Below are positions 50,551 to 64,000 of a DNA stretch of 64,000 nucleotides, piece after piece. Numbering within the stretch: position 1 is the stretch's first letter; each line of letters opens with the position of its first letter. The notes beneath the pieces were generated by a model. The model was not told the origin of the DNA and made no database searches. It saw only the letters and a program-made list of their open reading frames with translations. Position numbers and translations under genes: made by a program. Source of the DNA: Octopus sinensis (lineage: Eukaryota); the NCBI RefSeq assembly GCF_006345805.1, contig NC_042997.1:14632001-14696000 (forward strand), in the 5' to 3' direction.

Positions 50551-51004
50551 GTTGCTGCTAGAAGACCATATGTGTAGCAGCAGGATTCAGTTCCTTGCTA
50601 TACCTCTGGAAAGAGTAACAAGTGGTTGTTGGAGAATTTCTATAACTCTACCAGCCCCAATTTCTAGCCTCCTAATTCCCCTGAGTGTAATCCCATGGAT
50701 TACTATGTGTAGGGCATTGTTGAAAAAGACACCAACTGTTCTGCTTATAAAACTGAGGTTGAGCTGATGGCCGGGATCAAGGCAGTATTTGAAGATCTCC
50801 CTAGGAACACAGTGAGGAATAAATGTACCAGGTTCCAGAGCCACCTTGAGGCTGTAGTAGAAGCTGAGGGTAGCTACTTTGAGTAAATTGTCATCTCCCA
50901 GCCATAATCTAGTTGATATTTTTTTTATAAATACTTTTACTTTTGGATGGGATATTGTGTTTATTTTCATTTATGCAAACTGTCAAATTTAACCCAAATA
51001 CCTT
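50551..51004 (+). mobile_element. DD37D (maT-type) Tc1/mariner transposase 3' remnant
   Basis: RPYV*QQDSVPCYTS...F*PPNSPECNPMDYYV*GIVE...VVEAEGSYFE*, with exactly 37 residues between the last two Asp. The stops fall at expected Trp codons. Confidence 0.8.
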
Positions 51005-51162
51005 ATATATATATATATATAAAATATTGTGTACATTAAAACACATTTAATGTACATGATATTTTATATGAATAATATATAGTCTATTGACTAAACTTTT
51101 TTGTGCTAGGACATTGGTAATAAAAAATTTCTAGAATCCTTATTATCCTAATATTATATATA

Positions 51163-51201
<39 letters not shown>

Positions 51202-54200
51202 TTAGAGATTTATTCCCTAATTTTTATTATATATATTATATATATATATATATATCTATATATATACACACACATACAAACACACACACACACATATATA
51301 CATATATTATATATATATATATACACACACACACATACACACAACATAGGCATTACATATTATGAATCTGCAAATATAGAGTCATTATTATCATCATTGT
51401 TTCAATGTCCAACCTATCCATGTTCTCTTGAGTCAGACAGAATTTGACGATGCAGATTTTCTACAACTAAACGCCCTTCCTGTCATCGATGCCCACTTCA
51501 AGGTAATAATCCTCTAACAGTTCTCCATAGCCAGATATGTTTCCATGGAAAATGAGAAACAAAGGAAACTGGTTGTATGATCGTGACACTCATTTATAAC
51601 TATCATGTGATGTCAAGCCATAGAGACACAAACATACACATAACTGGCATTCTGTTGGTTACAACAAGGGTTCCAGTTGAGCTGAACAACAAAACAATTT
51701 ACTCATGAAATTAACATGCAAGCAGCTGAGCACTACATATAATTACATAATCAGGCACACATTCACATGTGTGTGTGTGTGCATGTGTGTATATTATGTG
51801 CATATAAAAGGCGGTGAGCTGGCAGAAACGTAGCACGCTGGGCGAAATGCTTTGCGGTATTTCGTCTGTCGTTACGCTCTGAGTTCAAATTCCACCGAGG
51901 CCGACTTTGCCTTTCATCCTTTCGAGGTCGATAAATAAAGTACCAGTCTCGTACTGGGGTCGATGTAATCGGCTTAATCCGTTTGTCTGTCTTGGTTTGT
52001 CCCCTCTATGTTTAGGCCCTTGTGGGTAGTAAAGAAATATACTATGTGTATATTATACGTGATAGGCATGACGTGAGATATCTATGCATATATTTATATG
52101 ATGTGATAAATAATAAATATACATTCATGCCGAAGCTATGTCACAATATCTTTCACTTTACCCATCCACTCTTACAACCTCTATTTTTACCAACTCACTA
52201 TTCTTAATCCTCTGTCCCCCAATCTTCTACTCCCCTTCTTATAACTTGAAGGCACATTCTAACACATCAATACCACCATCTTTAACTCTCTTTCCAGTTC
52301 TACTCCAATTACTATCACCCACTCCTATATAATGTGAAGTAGCCATATTTCTCCTCTACAGTATGAATCTTGTTCCTGTCCCTTCTTCCATGCTTTACCA
52401 GCTCAATACTTAGCGTTAAAGCTGCTTCCCTCCTTACCCCACAACCACTCAGTCAAGGGGCGCCTTAATCTTGCATGTTACATGGTGACATCAGTGGTGG
52501 TGGTGGCGGTGCCATGAAAAGAAAAGCACCCAATTCACTCTATAAAGTGATTTGTATTTGGAAGGGCATACGGCTGTAGAAACCATGCCAAAGCAGACAT
52601 GGACCTCATACACAGACCTCTGATTTGATGGATCCTGTTGAACCATCTAACCCATGCCAGCATGGAAAATAGATGTTAAATCATGCTGATATACATTTAA
52701 AGAACTGCAATGCTTATTTGGTAGTGAGACATGAGATCTGAATGCAGAGAACCAGCGAAGACAAGAAAGAAATTAAAATAGCTTGTACCAATGGATATGT
52801 AATGTTTATGTAATGAATGACAGAGTATAAATGTGTTGAAAGAAAACAAAATGAGCATAAGAGGTGTCAGATATGGTGTTCAAAAGAAAATACTGCATTG
52901 AAATGGGGCATATGGTACTTATGGATGAGGGACAGCTCTATAAAGAAAGGTGATTTGTTATAGTAGATGGAATCTGTGGAAGAGGGACCCAGGAACATAT
53001 GGGATGAAATGTTGAAGACTGATCTTAGGATGCTGAGCTTCACAGAAGAGATGACAAGGAGATCAACATTCTTACCATCATCTTCTCCACTCATAATTGT
53101 CATTGATGACCCATCCTTGATCACCATGCACTATATTGTGTGCGTGTGTGTGAGTGTGTGTGTTTGTACACATACATGCTTATATCTTACATCTTTTGAA
53201 CACCCTCACTATCCTTCAATAAATCAATGTATAAGAAACTGCACTGATCCAACCTCATCCCTCCACTAGGTCTACATAAAAGAGATTGTTATGGTCCACT
53301 CTCAACCTGTACACAATACACTCAAACTACGGTCCTCTGTGATTAGCTATCGTTCTCACCCTCGTTACTTTCTCCTTTCCTCAGGGCTACTTGTTTTGCC
53401 ACCCATCACATATCCTTATCTTATTCTATCACTCACTCTTATTTTTGTTCACCTATTCCTAATAACTCCCTACACAACTCCTCCTCAAATAACCTGGCCA
53501 CTTACATCATACCACTATTCCATCATCCAGCCAGGTATACAAGTCCTTCTGATATCATAACTCCCCTCTTTGGTAATTTGAGCAAATTTACTGACCCAAA
53601 ATTATTGAGTTGACTCTATACTTAAACACTTGTTCCCCTTACCCCCACTTCTAGCATCACTGCTGGCATTATTGTATCTCCTATTTCCCCTCTTTGGCCA
53701 ACATGTCTTAGCTCACTGAATACTCTCTACCTTTCCCTATGTACAAGGCATGACTTTCTTCTTGTATTGGTGTCATAATGGAAAGCCAACAAATTACACA
53801 CCACCAAGAGTGACTGGTGAATGAGACAGTCTCTTGAGTGATAGTGTGACAAATGTACCAAGTACACACTAAAAACCAGTTGGAAAATATGCAAAACGTA
53901 CATAAGATTATGAAGTCCCTTAGTTCAAAATCTCTTGTTTTGGTAACATAAGAAAAGATACCTAGTACACTCTGTAAAGTGGTTGACAATAGGAAGGGTA
54001 TCCAGTCATAGAAAGCAAGCTAAATGACACTTATGAACACTAGGCTAAGGGAATTGTACTACCACTAAGAACTGACTCGTCCATCTCAAGCCAGCATGAA
54101 AGGCTGATGTAAAAAGATGATGATAATGATATATATATATATATACATATAGGGAGAATTCACAAAAAAAAAACAAAAGACAAAGACAGATGGTGTAGAC

Positions 54201-54368
54201 AACAAACAGATGTATTAGTTTAATGCTCAAGAAGTGAAAAAGTCTTTAATGTTTCAAGCCTATGCTCTTCCACAGAAAGGAACACAGAAAGAAACAAGGA
54301 GAGAAAATAAAAATGTGTAGTGGCAAGCGATCTATTATGGCGAATGCCGAACAGAGGGGGATATACAT

Positions 54369-54413
<45 letters not shown>

Positions 54414-54856
54414 CATACATAAATATATATCGCTATATATATATATGCATATGTACACACACACACACACATACACACACAAATACATATATATCAAATA
54501 CCATACATGGTAAATTTTTGATTTCTTGAAATTATTTCCACCTCTTGAGAATGTATCATAATTTTAAAATGGTAATTAAAACCAGCTCCAGATGAAAAGG
54601 GGAGATAATCTCAAGAATCAAGAATTTCCTCAAGAATGTCATGTCATTGGAGAAAAGGACAGTTGTGGCCATGTGTTTTTGCTTCAATAGGCATCATCAG
54701 CACAACTGTCCAATTTTATCTTCGGTAGTCAAGGGACTTGTACATAGAAAAAAAACAGTAGGACATATTTATGGTCTATGTAATTTGCTTAATTCTTAAA
54801 AATATGAGACAAGAGAAATAACTGAGAGTGGCCAGTGACAAGTGTTTGAACACACA

Positions 54857-54859
<3 letters not shown>

Positions 54860-54895
<36 letters not shown>

Positions 54896-55254
54896 TTACA
54901 CATACACTCACACACATACTTATAACTATATATATATGTATATGATATACATACATACATATATATATATATATACATATATATAATTAAAATAAGCAGC
55001 AAGGATATCCAAGGTAGTGTAGTACAATCGTTTCATGCTACACCATATTCATCTGAATCTAAATTTTGCTGAACACACACATATATACATATACATACAC
55101 ATACATACATAAGTATGTGTCTCTGTGTATATATATATAAATTATAGTATAAAATATATATATATATATATACTTACACATACACCCACACACACATTAT
55201 AACTACATATATATATATATATATGATATACATACATACATATATATATATGAT

Positions 55255-55289
<35 letters not shown>

Positions 55290-55476
55290 CATATATATAA
55301 TTAAAATAAGCAACAAGGATATCCAAGGTAGTGTAGTACAATCGTTCCATGCTACACCATATTCATCTGAATCTAAATTTTGCTGAACACACACATATAT
55401 ATATACATACACATACATACATAAGTATGTGTCTGTGTGTGTGTATATATATATATATAAATTATAGTATAAAATA
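54860..55476. repeat. About 310-bp tandem duplication
   Basis: The unique block AATTAAAATAAGCA..CAAGGATATCCAAGGTAGTGTAGTACAATCG...AAATTATAGTATAAAATAT occurs at about 54985-55157 and 55298-55476. Confidence 0.9.
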
Positions 55477-55585
55477 TTCATTATAGCCCATCTTACCAAT
55501 CCATTTCGCACATGAATTAAGGAAATAGGTTATTACCTAAGACTGCAATCGTCAGAGTGGCAGATACAGAAAATATTGCAACAGA

Positions 55586-55616
<31 letters not shown>

Positions 55617-56034
55617 ATGGACACACGCATACTTAATTATTGGTATTACTAATTTGAGAATAGAAGGTATAAAGATAATTCTTGCATATCAATTCACTAT
55701 GTGCCATCAATTGCATCAAAATCAATCACTATAATAATGAGAAAAACTGAACATCATGATGACTTTCCAAAAATGCTTCTACATGTCATCAATTAAGTGG
55801 CTTCATCTGCTTTTCTTCTTAGTAAATGTAATATTGTAAATTCAAAATATAGTGTCATAAAATATGCAATCCCTTGCATCAGCCCTCAAACAGTTGAGAG
55901 AATGTCATTCATTCCCCCATATTGCCCATGCTTTTCAAAGTGCAATACATACATATACATGCATACATATATATATATATATATATATATACATACATAT
56001 ATATATATACATACATATATATATATATACATAC

Positions 56035-56065
<31 letters not shown>

Positions 56066-56122
56066 CATATACAGCTTTATGCCTTTGAGTGTGCGTATCA
56101 GTCTATTTGCATGTGTGCATGC

Positions 56123-56186
<64 letters not shown>

Positions 56187-56260
56187 ATGCATATATTCAT
56201 ACACACATTTTCTATACACAAAATAATGTTGATGATAATGATATGTAAACATACATATAC

Positions 56261-56305
<45 letters not shown>

Positions 56306-56624
56306 AGAAAGAGAGACAGAGACAGACAGACAGACAGACAGTGACACAGAGATAGATTGATTGACAGATAATTTGATAACATCATACTTTTCATTCTTAC
56401 ATGTTGATAATGCATGTCAACCTTTCATAAGCCAGTCAGATTGCACCAAGTCATGATAATAATAACGATAATAATAATAATAATAATTATAATTATAATA
56501 ATGATGAAAATAATCATAGTAATAACAAACAATTTTAAGAAATTACAGAAATTAATATAACCATGTTTAGCTCTCTGGTTGTTGTTCTGCTTCTTCCACC
56601 ACAGTCATTTCCAGATTGTCTGGG

Positions 56625-56814
56625 CTAGCTGACCGCTGATTTGGACATAATGCGGCCCTGAAACCCCCCATAGTATAAAACCTGTGCAAATATAGACAAA
56701 TCAATAGATATTTGTAAGACACCACAAATCCAAAACTGAGCAGGCGCTGCTCTTAAAATAAAATATACAGTTTTGAAGACATCTCCTAGAGTCCAAAAAC
56801 CAACCATTTTTTTA
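56625..56814 (-). CDS. PQLC1: Terminal coding exon of PQ-loop repeat-containing protein 1 (SLC66A2-like)
   Basis: Translates (S)KKMVGFWTLGDVFKTVYFILRAAPAQFWICGVLQISIDLSIFAQVLYYGG...*, which I recognise as the PQLC1 C-terminal helices (MV..W..GD.FKT.YF....AP.QF..CG.LQ...D). tttttcag acceptor on the minus strand, TAG at 56625-56627. Upstream exons were not found in the window. Confidence 0.88.
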
Positions 56815-57060
56815 CTGAAAAAGAATAGAGGAAAAAAATATGTAAAAAAATTGACAAGAAGAAAAACATGGCAAAGTATATATGTGGATTTGTATGTGTG
56901 TGTGTGTGTGTGTGTGGTGTGTGTGTGTGTGTGTGTGTTTGTTTGTATAACAAGTAATATCAAATTATCATCCATCAAAATATAATACAGAACCACAAAT
57001 ATATTTATATATGTGCATGCATGTGTATATATGTGTGTGCGTGTGTGTGTGCATGTGTGA

Positions 57061-57091
<31 letters not shown>

Positions 57092-57251
57092 TGATTGTGT
57101 GTGCGTATGTATGCAGCTGTGCATGTATAAATATGTATGCATATATATAAGTGCAAATATATGTACATATGTGTGTGTATATATATATATTTACATATGG
57201 TTACATTATGTCTATGTGTGTGTAAAATATAAACAAAAACAATCTATCTAT

Positions 57252-57283
<32 letters not shown>

Positions 57284-60200
57284 GTGGAGTATATAATAGA
57301 TTCTACACACTTGCCTACAAGCATGTATTTTATGTGTGCTCATATGCAAAATGATAAACATTAAGACACTGAACACACACACACATATACACACATATTC
57401 CTAATCCGAATTTATTTTTGATATAACACTGGAGTAATATCTGCTGTGATGGCAAGCAGGAAACAAATTTTCAATTATGCAACAGTTAACAACTTACAGC
57501 TGTTACCATCATATTATTGTACATGGTATCTGTGTCTCTTGAGAAATATTTAGATGCCAGTAAAACATTACAATATCATGCATTTATTATCAGGAACAGC
57601 AGAAATTTAGAGAGTTAAGCGGGCAAAAGCATATTTAATTATTATGACAATGAAGAGCTGAAGTGTATTCAGATATATTGGCAAAAGAGAAACAATATTT
57701 GCTGGTGGTCAATATTGTTGTTATCAGTGTCCATGGGAGATAACTTTGTATATATGTTTCTCATTAGTTGAAGCTCTTTAACTGATCCAGACTCTGTCAC
57801 AATCAGTAGTTTTAACATCCATTTTTCCATGTTTGCATGGATCGGATGATTGTTGTGTAGAAGAGATTATAAACAAAGGATACTGCCTGCATGATGGCGA
57901 GACTGTTTTACAATATCATGCTATGTCAAGGTAAGGAGACAGTAACTCACACACACATGCATTCAAACACACACACATTCAAACACATACACAAACACAC
58001 ACACAACAGGTTTTTGCTTTAAGCTTCTTACCATACAGCCATGTCTGTGCCAACTGGTCAGATGTCTTTAAACATACTTATCAGATGTCTTTAAACATAC
58101 TTATATGTAGGTTTGTTGGTATAATTAAAAGAAATACTAGAAAATGAAATTATTCTTAGTTGTCAGCAGCATGAAAATTAGACATTTAAGAGCATGGCTG
58201 TGTGGTTAAAATGTTTGCTTTGTGACCACAAGGTTCAAGGTTTGATCTCACTGTACAACACTTTCTCCTATAGTTTTTTTAAAGTGTTTCTTCACCATTT
58301 CCTTCAGACTCAACAAGAATATTAAAAAAAATGTACTTGAGTGTAAAACACATTCAGTCTTTGTGAAGGTTAAATATTTAATGTTTGATTCATTCTATGG
58401 CTCTGAAAAGGAATTAGAAACCAAACACTTTGATGCAAACAAGAAACTATTTGAGATTGTCAAAACTTTGAAGTAGATCTTGACATGATGCAAATTGCTG
58501 AATCCTATCAATTTTTTTTTTAAATAATTTCTCATATATCAATATTAGAATGTATTGAAGGACGGCCTTATGACACTGAAACTTACAGAGGAGATGACAA
58601 AGGACTACGATATCTGGTGCTTTGCCATACTCAAATGGACCCATCCTCCACAGCAGAAGTGTTGATGTTGCTCCCACTCTAAGATGCTTTTAATTTCATT
58701 TCATTTTTTGACCCTTATGGTTCATTGCCAATACCCTACCATTTATATTATAACCTCCATACCTTGAGGGTATGCCCTGGCACTTGCCACCATCTATTTC
58801 TCTTTTATTTTATTCAACCATCCTATTTATATTCTGATCCCCATTCCTTGTGAGTATGCCCCAGAATTTCATCACCATCTCTCTCCTGCTCTCTCTTGCA
58901 CTCTTGCTATCTCTCTCTCTCTTGCTCTTCCCTCAGGCTGGATAACCATGTTTCTCCTTTTACAGAAGCACACCTGTTTCTGTCCTCATTCTTGATCTCT
59001 CTCTCTCTCTCTCTCTCTGGCCAGGTAACTGTGTACCTCCTCTACAGCAAGTCACCTGTTTCTGTCTCTCCATCACACTTAAACCTTTCATCATCTGACA
59101 CAAGATCGCCTCCTTCAGTGCCCCCCTCTCCTCTCAAAGGATCTTTGTCATGCAAGTTACTTAATAACCCTGCCAGTGTTGGTGCCATGCAAAAAGCATC
59201 CTCTCCACACTGTAAAGTGGTTGGCATTTGGAAGGGCATCCAGGTGTAAAAACCATGCCAAAACAGACACAGAAGTTTAGTGCAGGCTCCTGCCAGGCCA
59301 GCCCCTGTCAGACTGTCCAACCCATGCCAGCATGGAAGGCAGATGTTAAACGATGATGATGATGATGATGATGATGATGAAGTCTTCCACTTGGCCTTTT
59401 CAGTAACCAACTATTTTTGAAGACCATCTACCTTTATGACATATCTCAAAAACCTAACTTTTAGCAAGTCTAGTTCTCTTACAAAGTTCCACTTAACTCT
59501 AGTCTGGTCCAGTCAAGCTTAGTATTCTTATATAATACCAAACATGGAAATTCTCCATCTTTTCTCTATCAGCTGTTTAAAAATCCAGTATTCAAGTCCA
59601 TATGTTGATATTGGAAATAGCAAAATATGCAGCAATTTATTATTTATTTATTTATTTATTTTTTTTGTATTGATGAATTTTTGCAAATGTGGTTTGAAGA
59701 GATAACAGCAGATTTTGATCTGGCAATTGCTCTTTTATCTCTTTTGCTCTCATGGCATTGATTTATAATAAAACTCAAAGATAGCCAAACTCATACACCA
59801 CTTTGACAGTTTGATTATTAGTTGTTATATCAATCCTGATCATATGTTGTCAAAATAATCAATGATTCAGTTTTGTCAAAATTAACGAAGAAATCATATT
59901 TCTCACTTTTTTCCTTTTATTTTCTTTATCAAAATCCTCAATTCTTTTAAGCTACTAGCAATGAGTACAGTATTAGTAACTGCTCTTTCACTGATTTTAA
60001 CTGTACCATCAAACACTAAGATATCTTGCCTTGCAGATGCTAAAGAGAATGGAGAGAGGATGCATCCTTGTCATACCCACCACTCAAATCACTCATTGAG
60101 ATCCACCTTAGTTGACAGTTACTGTTTTCTGAGAATAGAACATTTTAAAGGTTTTATAAAATGTTGGGGAAATCCCATTTCTGCTATCATTGACCATAAT

Positions 60201-60493
60201 TCTTAATAAATAACTTTGCCATATGTTTTTTATTTTATTTTTTTATGGTCAACAAAAAGAATAAATAATTCTTCAACCTGCTCTTTACGTTTTTTTGGAT
60301 AACCATCTTTAGGCTAAAGATGGCTGGTTGCTAGATGTGGATGGAACGTGTTGAAAAGGGAGTCTGAGGAAGTAGTGAAAATAAGACTTCAGGATGTAGA
60401 ACCTTACAGAGGAGATGACAAAGGACTGCAATGATTGATGATTCACTGTTCTTGAGAAGACCTATTTGTCTCAGTAAAAGTGAAGCCCTAAAG

Positions 60494-60786
60494 CAGTGGT
60501 TCCCAAAGTGGGTGGTACTGCCCCCTGGGAGCAGTGGAAAGACTCAGAAGGATGTTGAAGAAAAGAAGGGTGATAATGGGGTGGCTGAAATGATGCAATA
60601 AATGTTGCAAAAACCCAAAATAATGGATTAATTATGTTAACTTTTATTTGTGAAATACAGTTGTTTTGAATTTGCTGCAGAAAGTAGTCTATGTTTAAAG
60701 TAGTAAGTATTTTGGGGGAGGGGGGTACTGGGGATGTGGTCTGCGTGCCAAGGGGGCGGCAAACTGAAAAAATTTGGGAACCACTG
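60494..60786. mobile_element. hAT-type MITE
   Basis: Perfect 14-bp TIR CAGTGGTTCCCAAA; 8-bp TSD CCCTAAAG/CCCTAAAA (7/8). Related, more decayed CAG-ended elements at about 26968-27305, 37130-37370 and 39530-39730. Confidence 0.85.
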
Positions 60787-63700
60787 CCCTAAAAGCATTA
60801 TGTTTATGTCTGTGGTCCCACACCCAGACTGTCTCATCAAGTCTTCACCATGCTCTTCTTTCTAATCAGCTGCTTTGATAATATGTAGAAGTGCAAATAT
60901 TTCATCTCTTCTGAGTTGCCAGTTATCCTCACCTTGGAACCATTTCCTTTTGTTACCTAACCCTCATTCTTAATATCACTCCTTCCCACTTTATTTTCCA
61001 TTAAACACTCCTTTCTTATTTCTTTATTGCCCACAAGGGGCTAAACATAGAGGGGACAAACAAGGACAGACAATGGGATTAAGTTGATTACATCGACCCC
61101 AGTGCGTAACTGGTACTTAATTTATCAACCTGGAAAGGATGAAAGGCAAAGTTGACCTTGGCGAAATTTGAACTCAGAATGTAATGCAGACGAAATACCG
61201 CTAAGCATTTCACCTGGCATGCTAACATTTCTGCCAGCTCGCCACCTTAATTAAACACTCCTTTCTCTTGAGTTACATCTTTCTACTGCTCAACACCCTC
61301 TCATATTTGCCAGTGATGGACCCCACTCATGCATCACTCATTATATTTACCCTTATATACTTCTGACCTCTATCTGTCACTGTGCATCCTTCTTCCCTCC
61401 CCCATACACTTCACATCATCTCCCTGTATACTGCTACTCTCAAATCTTATTGCACTGCCTCTTAACACCTTGTCTTCCCTGACCCGCTCTCATTTGCTTC
61501 ACCTCTAGCAAACTGATATTCACCATTGCCAACACTTCCACTCTTGTTTACTCTTTTACTTGTTTCAGTCATTTGACTGTGGCCATGCTGGAGCACCGAC
61601 TTTTAGTCGAGCAAATCGACCCCAGGACTTATTCTATTGGTCTCTTCTTAGCCAAACCGTTAAGTTACGGGGATGTAAACACACCAGCATCAGTTGTCAA
61701 GTGATGTTGGGGGGGGGAGGGGTCAAACACAGACACACAAACATATACACACAGACACACACATATATATACATATATATGACAGGCTTCTTTCAGTTTC
61801 CGTCTACCAAATCCACTCACAAGGCTTTGGTCAGCCCGAGGCTATAGTAGAAGACACTTTCCCAAGGTTCCACGCAGTGGGACTGAACCCAGAACCATGT
61901 GGTTGGTAAGCAAGCTACTTACCACACAGCAACTCCTACCCCTATCTGCATCTCCAACCATCCATCACTTTCCTTTTACACTTTCCCAAACTTACCCATC
62001 CACCTTTCTTATCTTCTGCCTTTTTCTCTCTAATAATCACCACCTTCATGTACCTTAACATAATGTATTGAAACATCAACACATCACTATCTCACCCTCC
62101 AACTGGGATAACCACACTTCTCCTCAACAGCAAAACACTTGTTTCTGTCCCTCTATCATCATCATCATTTAGCGTCCACTTTCCATGCTAGCATGGGTTG
62201 GACGGTTCAACTGGGGTCTGTGAAGCCAGAAGGCTGCGTCAGGCCCAGTCTGATCTGGCAGTGTTTCTACGGCTGGATGCCCTTCCTAACGCCAACCACT
62301 CCGTGAGTGTAGTGGGTGCTTTTTACGTGCCAGAATCTCAGCACCTGGCATTAAGCTACTTCAGTCTCTACTACTTCCCCACTCAGTCAAGCAGCTGTTT
62401 TGTGAGTTAGTTGGTGACCTCACTAGTACCAGTGCTATCAAAAAAAAAAAAAAAGAAGCACCCACAACACTCTGTAAAGTGGTTGGCCTTAGGAACAGAC
62501 AGTACCCAGCTGTAGAAACCATGGTAAAGCAGATATTATAACTTGATGCAGTCCACTGGCTTGTTGGATCTTGTCGAAACATCTAACCCATGCTAATATT
62601 GAAAATGGATACTCTTTTACTTGTTTCAGTCATTAGACTGTGGCCAAGCTGGAGCAGCACCTGAAAGCATTTTAGATGAACAAATTGACCCCAGTACTTA
62701 TTTTTTCAGACTCATTTACTGGACCCCTAATTTACAGGGAGATAATTATTCCAAAATTTGTTGTCAAGCAGGTGAAAGGGACACGTACACACACACACAA
62801 CCCACCCACAGACACACACACAGACATATATATATATATATATGTATGTATATATATATATATATGTATGTATGTATGTGTATATATATATATATATGTA
62901 TGTATGTATATATCATCATCATCATCATCATTTAGCGTCCGCTTTCCATGCTAGCATGGGTTGGACGGTTCAACTGGGGTCTGTGAAGCTGGAAGGCTTC
63001 GTCAGGCCCAGTCAGATCTGGCAGTGTTTCTACGGCTGGATGCCCTTCCTAACGCCAACCACTCCGTGAGTGTAGTGGGTGCTTTTTACGTGCCACCCAC
63101 ACAGGTGCCAGACAGAGCTGGCAAACGGCCACGAACGGATGGTGCTTTTACGTGTCACCGGCACGGGGCCAGGCGATACACACACATACAACAAGCTTCC
63201 ACATAATTCCTGTAAAACAAAATTACTCACAAAGCATTGGACTGGCAGCCTGGGGTTGTAGTAGAAGACATTTGCCCAGGGTGCTATGCAATAGAACTGA
63301 ACCCAAAAACCCTGTGATTACAACACAACACAAGCTTCTTAATCATACAGCCATGCTGGTGCCCATTAAATTTTTTTTCTTCTGTCAATGTGATGAAAAT
63401 ATAAATTTGTATTCCATATTTTTTTAGCACTGATACAGATACCTCTTCACCATCTTTCTAAATTTCTACTGCTATGCTATTTTTTTTTTCTTTTCAAATT
63501 GTTTTTAGATTTTTACATCAGAATTTTCTGGAGAGATTCTCTTTCTACATTGTAATTTAAAATAGTGTAGCTAATCTTTTTGTTCAATTTTTTTAAGTGA
63601 CTTCAACAAATCACAGTCTCCAAAACTTATAAAATAACTATATTTTGAAAAAAAAATATTTTGGAGGTCATTTCACATGCTAATCAACAATAAAACAAAA

Positions 63701-64000
63701 CTATTTAATTTGCCATACCCAATGTTTTTCTTAAATCATTTCACTGCACAACTACTATAAGAAATTATCAAAATGATATAAAATAAAAACATAAGTAACA
63801 GACAAACAAAACTACATTGTTTTCTACTTTTGTCTGTTGGTCACTTGACAGTCATTTGGTCATGTGATGCAATAGGTGTCTGCTGAAGGCTTTGATAATA
63901 GCAGCATATCTCTCTCTCTCTCCCTCCCCCACCCTGTAGTATATGCTGCTGTCACCATCACTTTCTGCACACTCACTACCTCTTTCTTTCTCTCTCTCTC

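Noticed and set aside
50587-50970. 127-aa minus-strand ORF
   Set aside because: Antisense to the DD37D transposase remnant on the plus strand.
56815-64000. Search for the penultimate PQLC1 exon (expected to end ...GMS)
   Set aside because: No matching frame with splice sites was seen; it is presumably beyond the window.

Overview
Eukaryotic, AT-rich, repeat-dense genomic DNA. The SINE, RTE and microsatellite repertoire looks like Octopus, which is an inference and was not searched. The window holds two convergent protein-coding genes. (1) A plus-strand NRF-6-like / acyltransferase-3 (OAT) membrane protein, reconstructed by hand as 12 GT-AG exons from 4843 to the stop at 40598. All phases are consistent, giving about 540 codons; the 5' exons were not found. 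(2) The last coding exon of a minus-strand PQ-loop protein, PQLC1/SLC66A2 (56625-56814). The rest is introns and intergenic DNA packed with mobile elements. These include an internally deleted Ty3/Gypsy-type LTR element with 5-bp TSD and a GGGAAAC frameshift site, a solo LTR of the same family, Tc1, mariner and DD37D remnants, three non-autonomous Helitrons, TIR MITEs with 8-bp TSDs, RTE LINE 3' ends, several tRNA-derived SINE families, Penelope-like fragments carrying minimal hammerhead-like motifs, and very long (TATG)n/(TA)n arrays. There is one 100-N gap. No prokaryotic system, CRISPR array or intact RNA gene is present, and all the long ORFs in the track made of Y/I/H/T/M/C/V are microsatellite artefacts. 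I cannot demonstrate a wholly new system. The best leads are the hammerhead-like motifs with covarying stems, a nested 1.2-kb intronic hairpin, and a 130-bp core repeat flanked by microsatellites.
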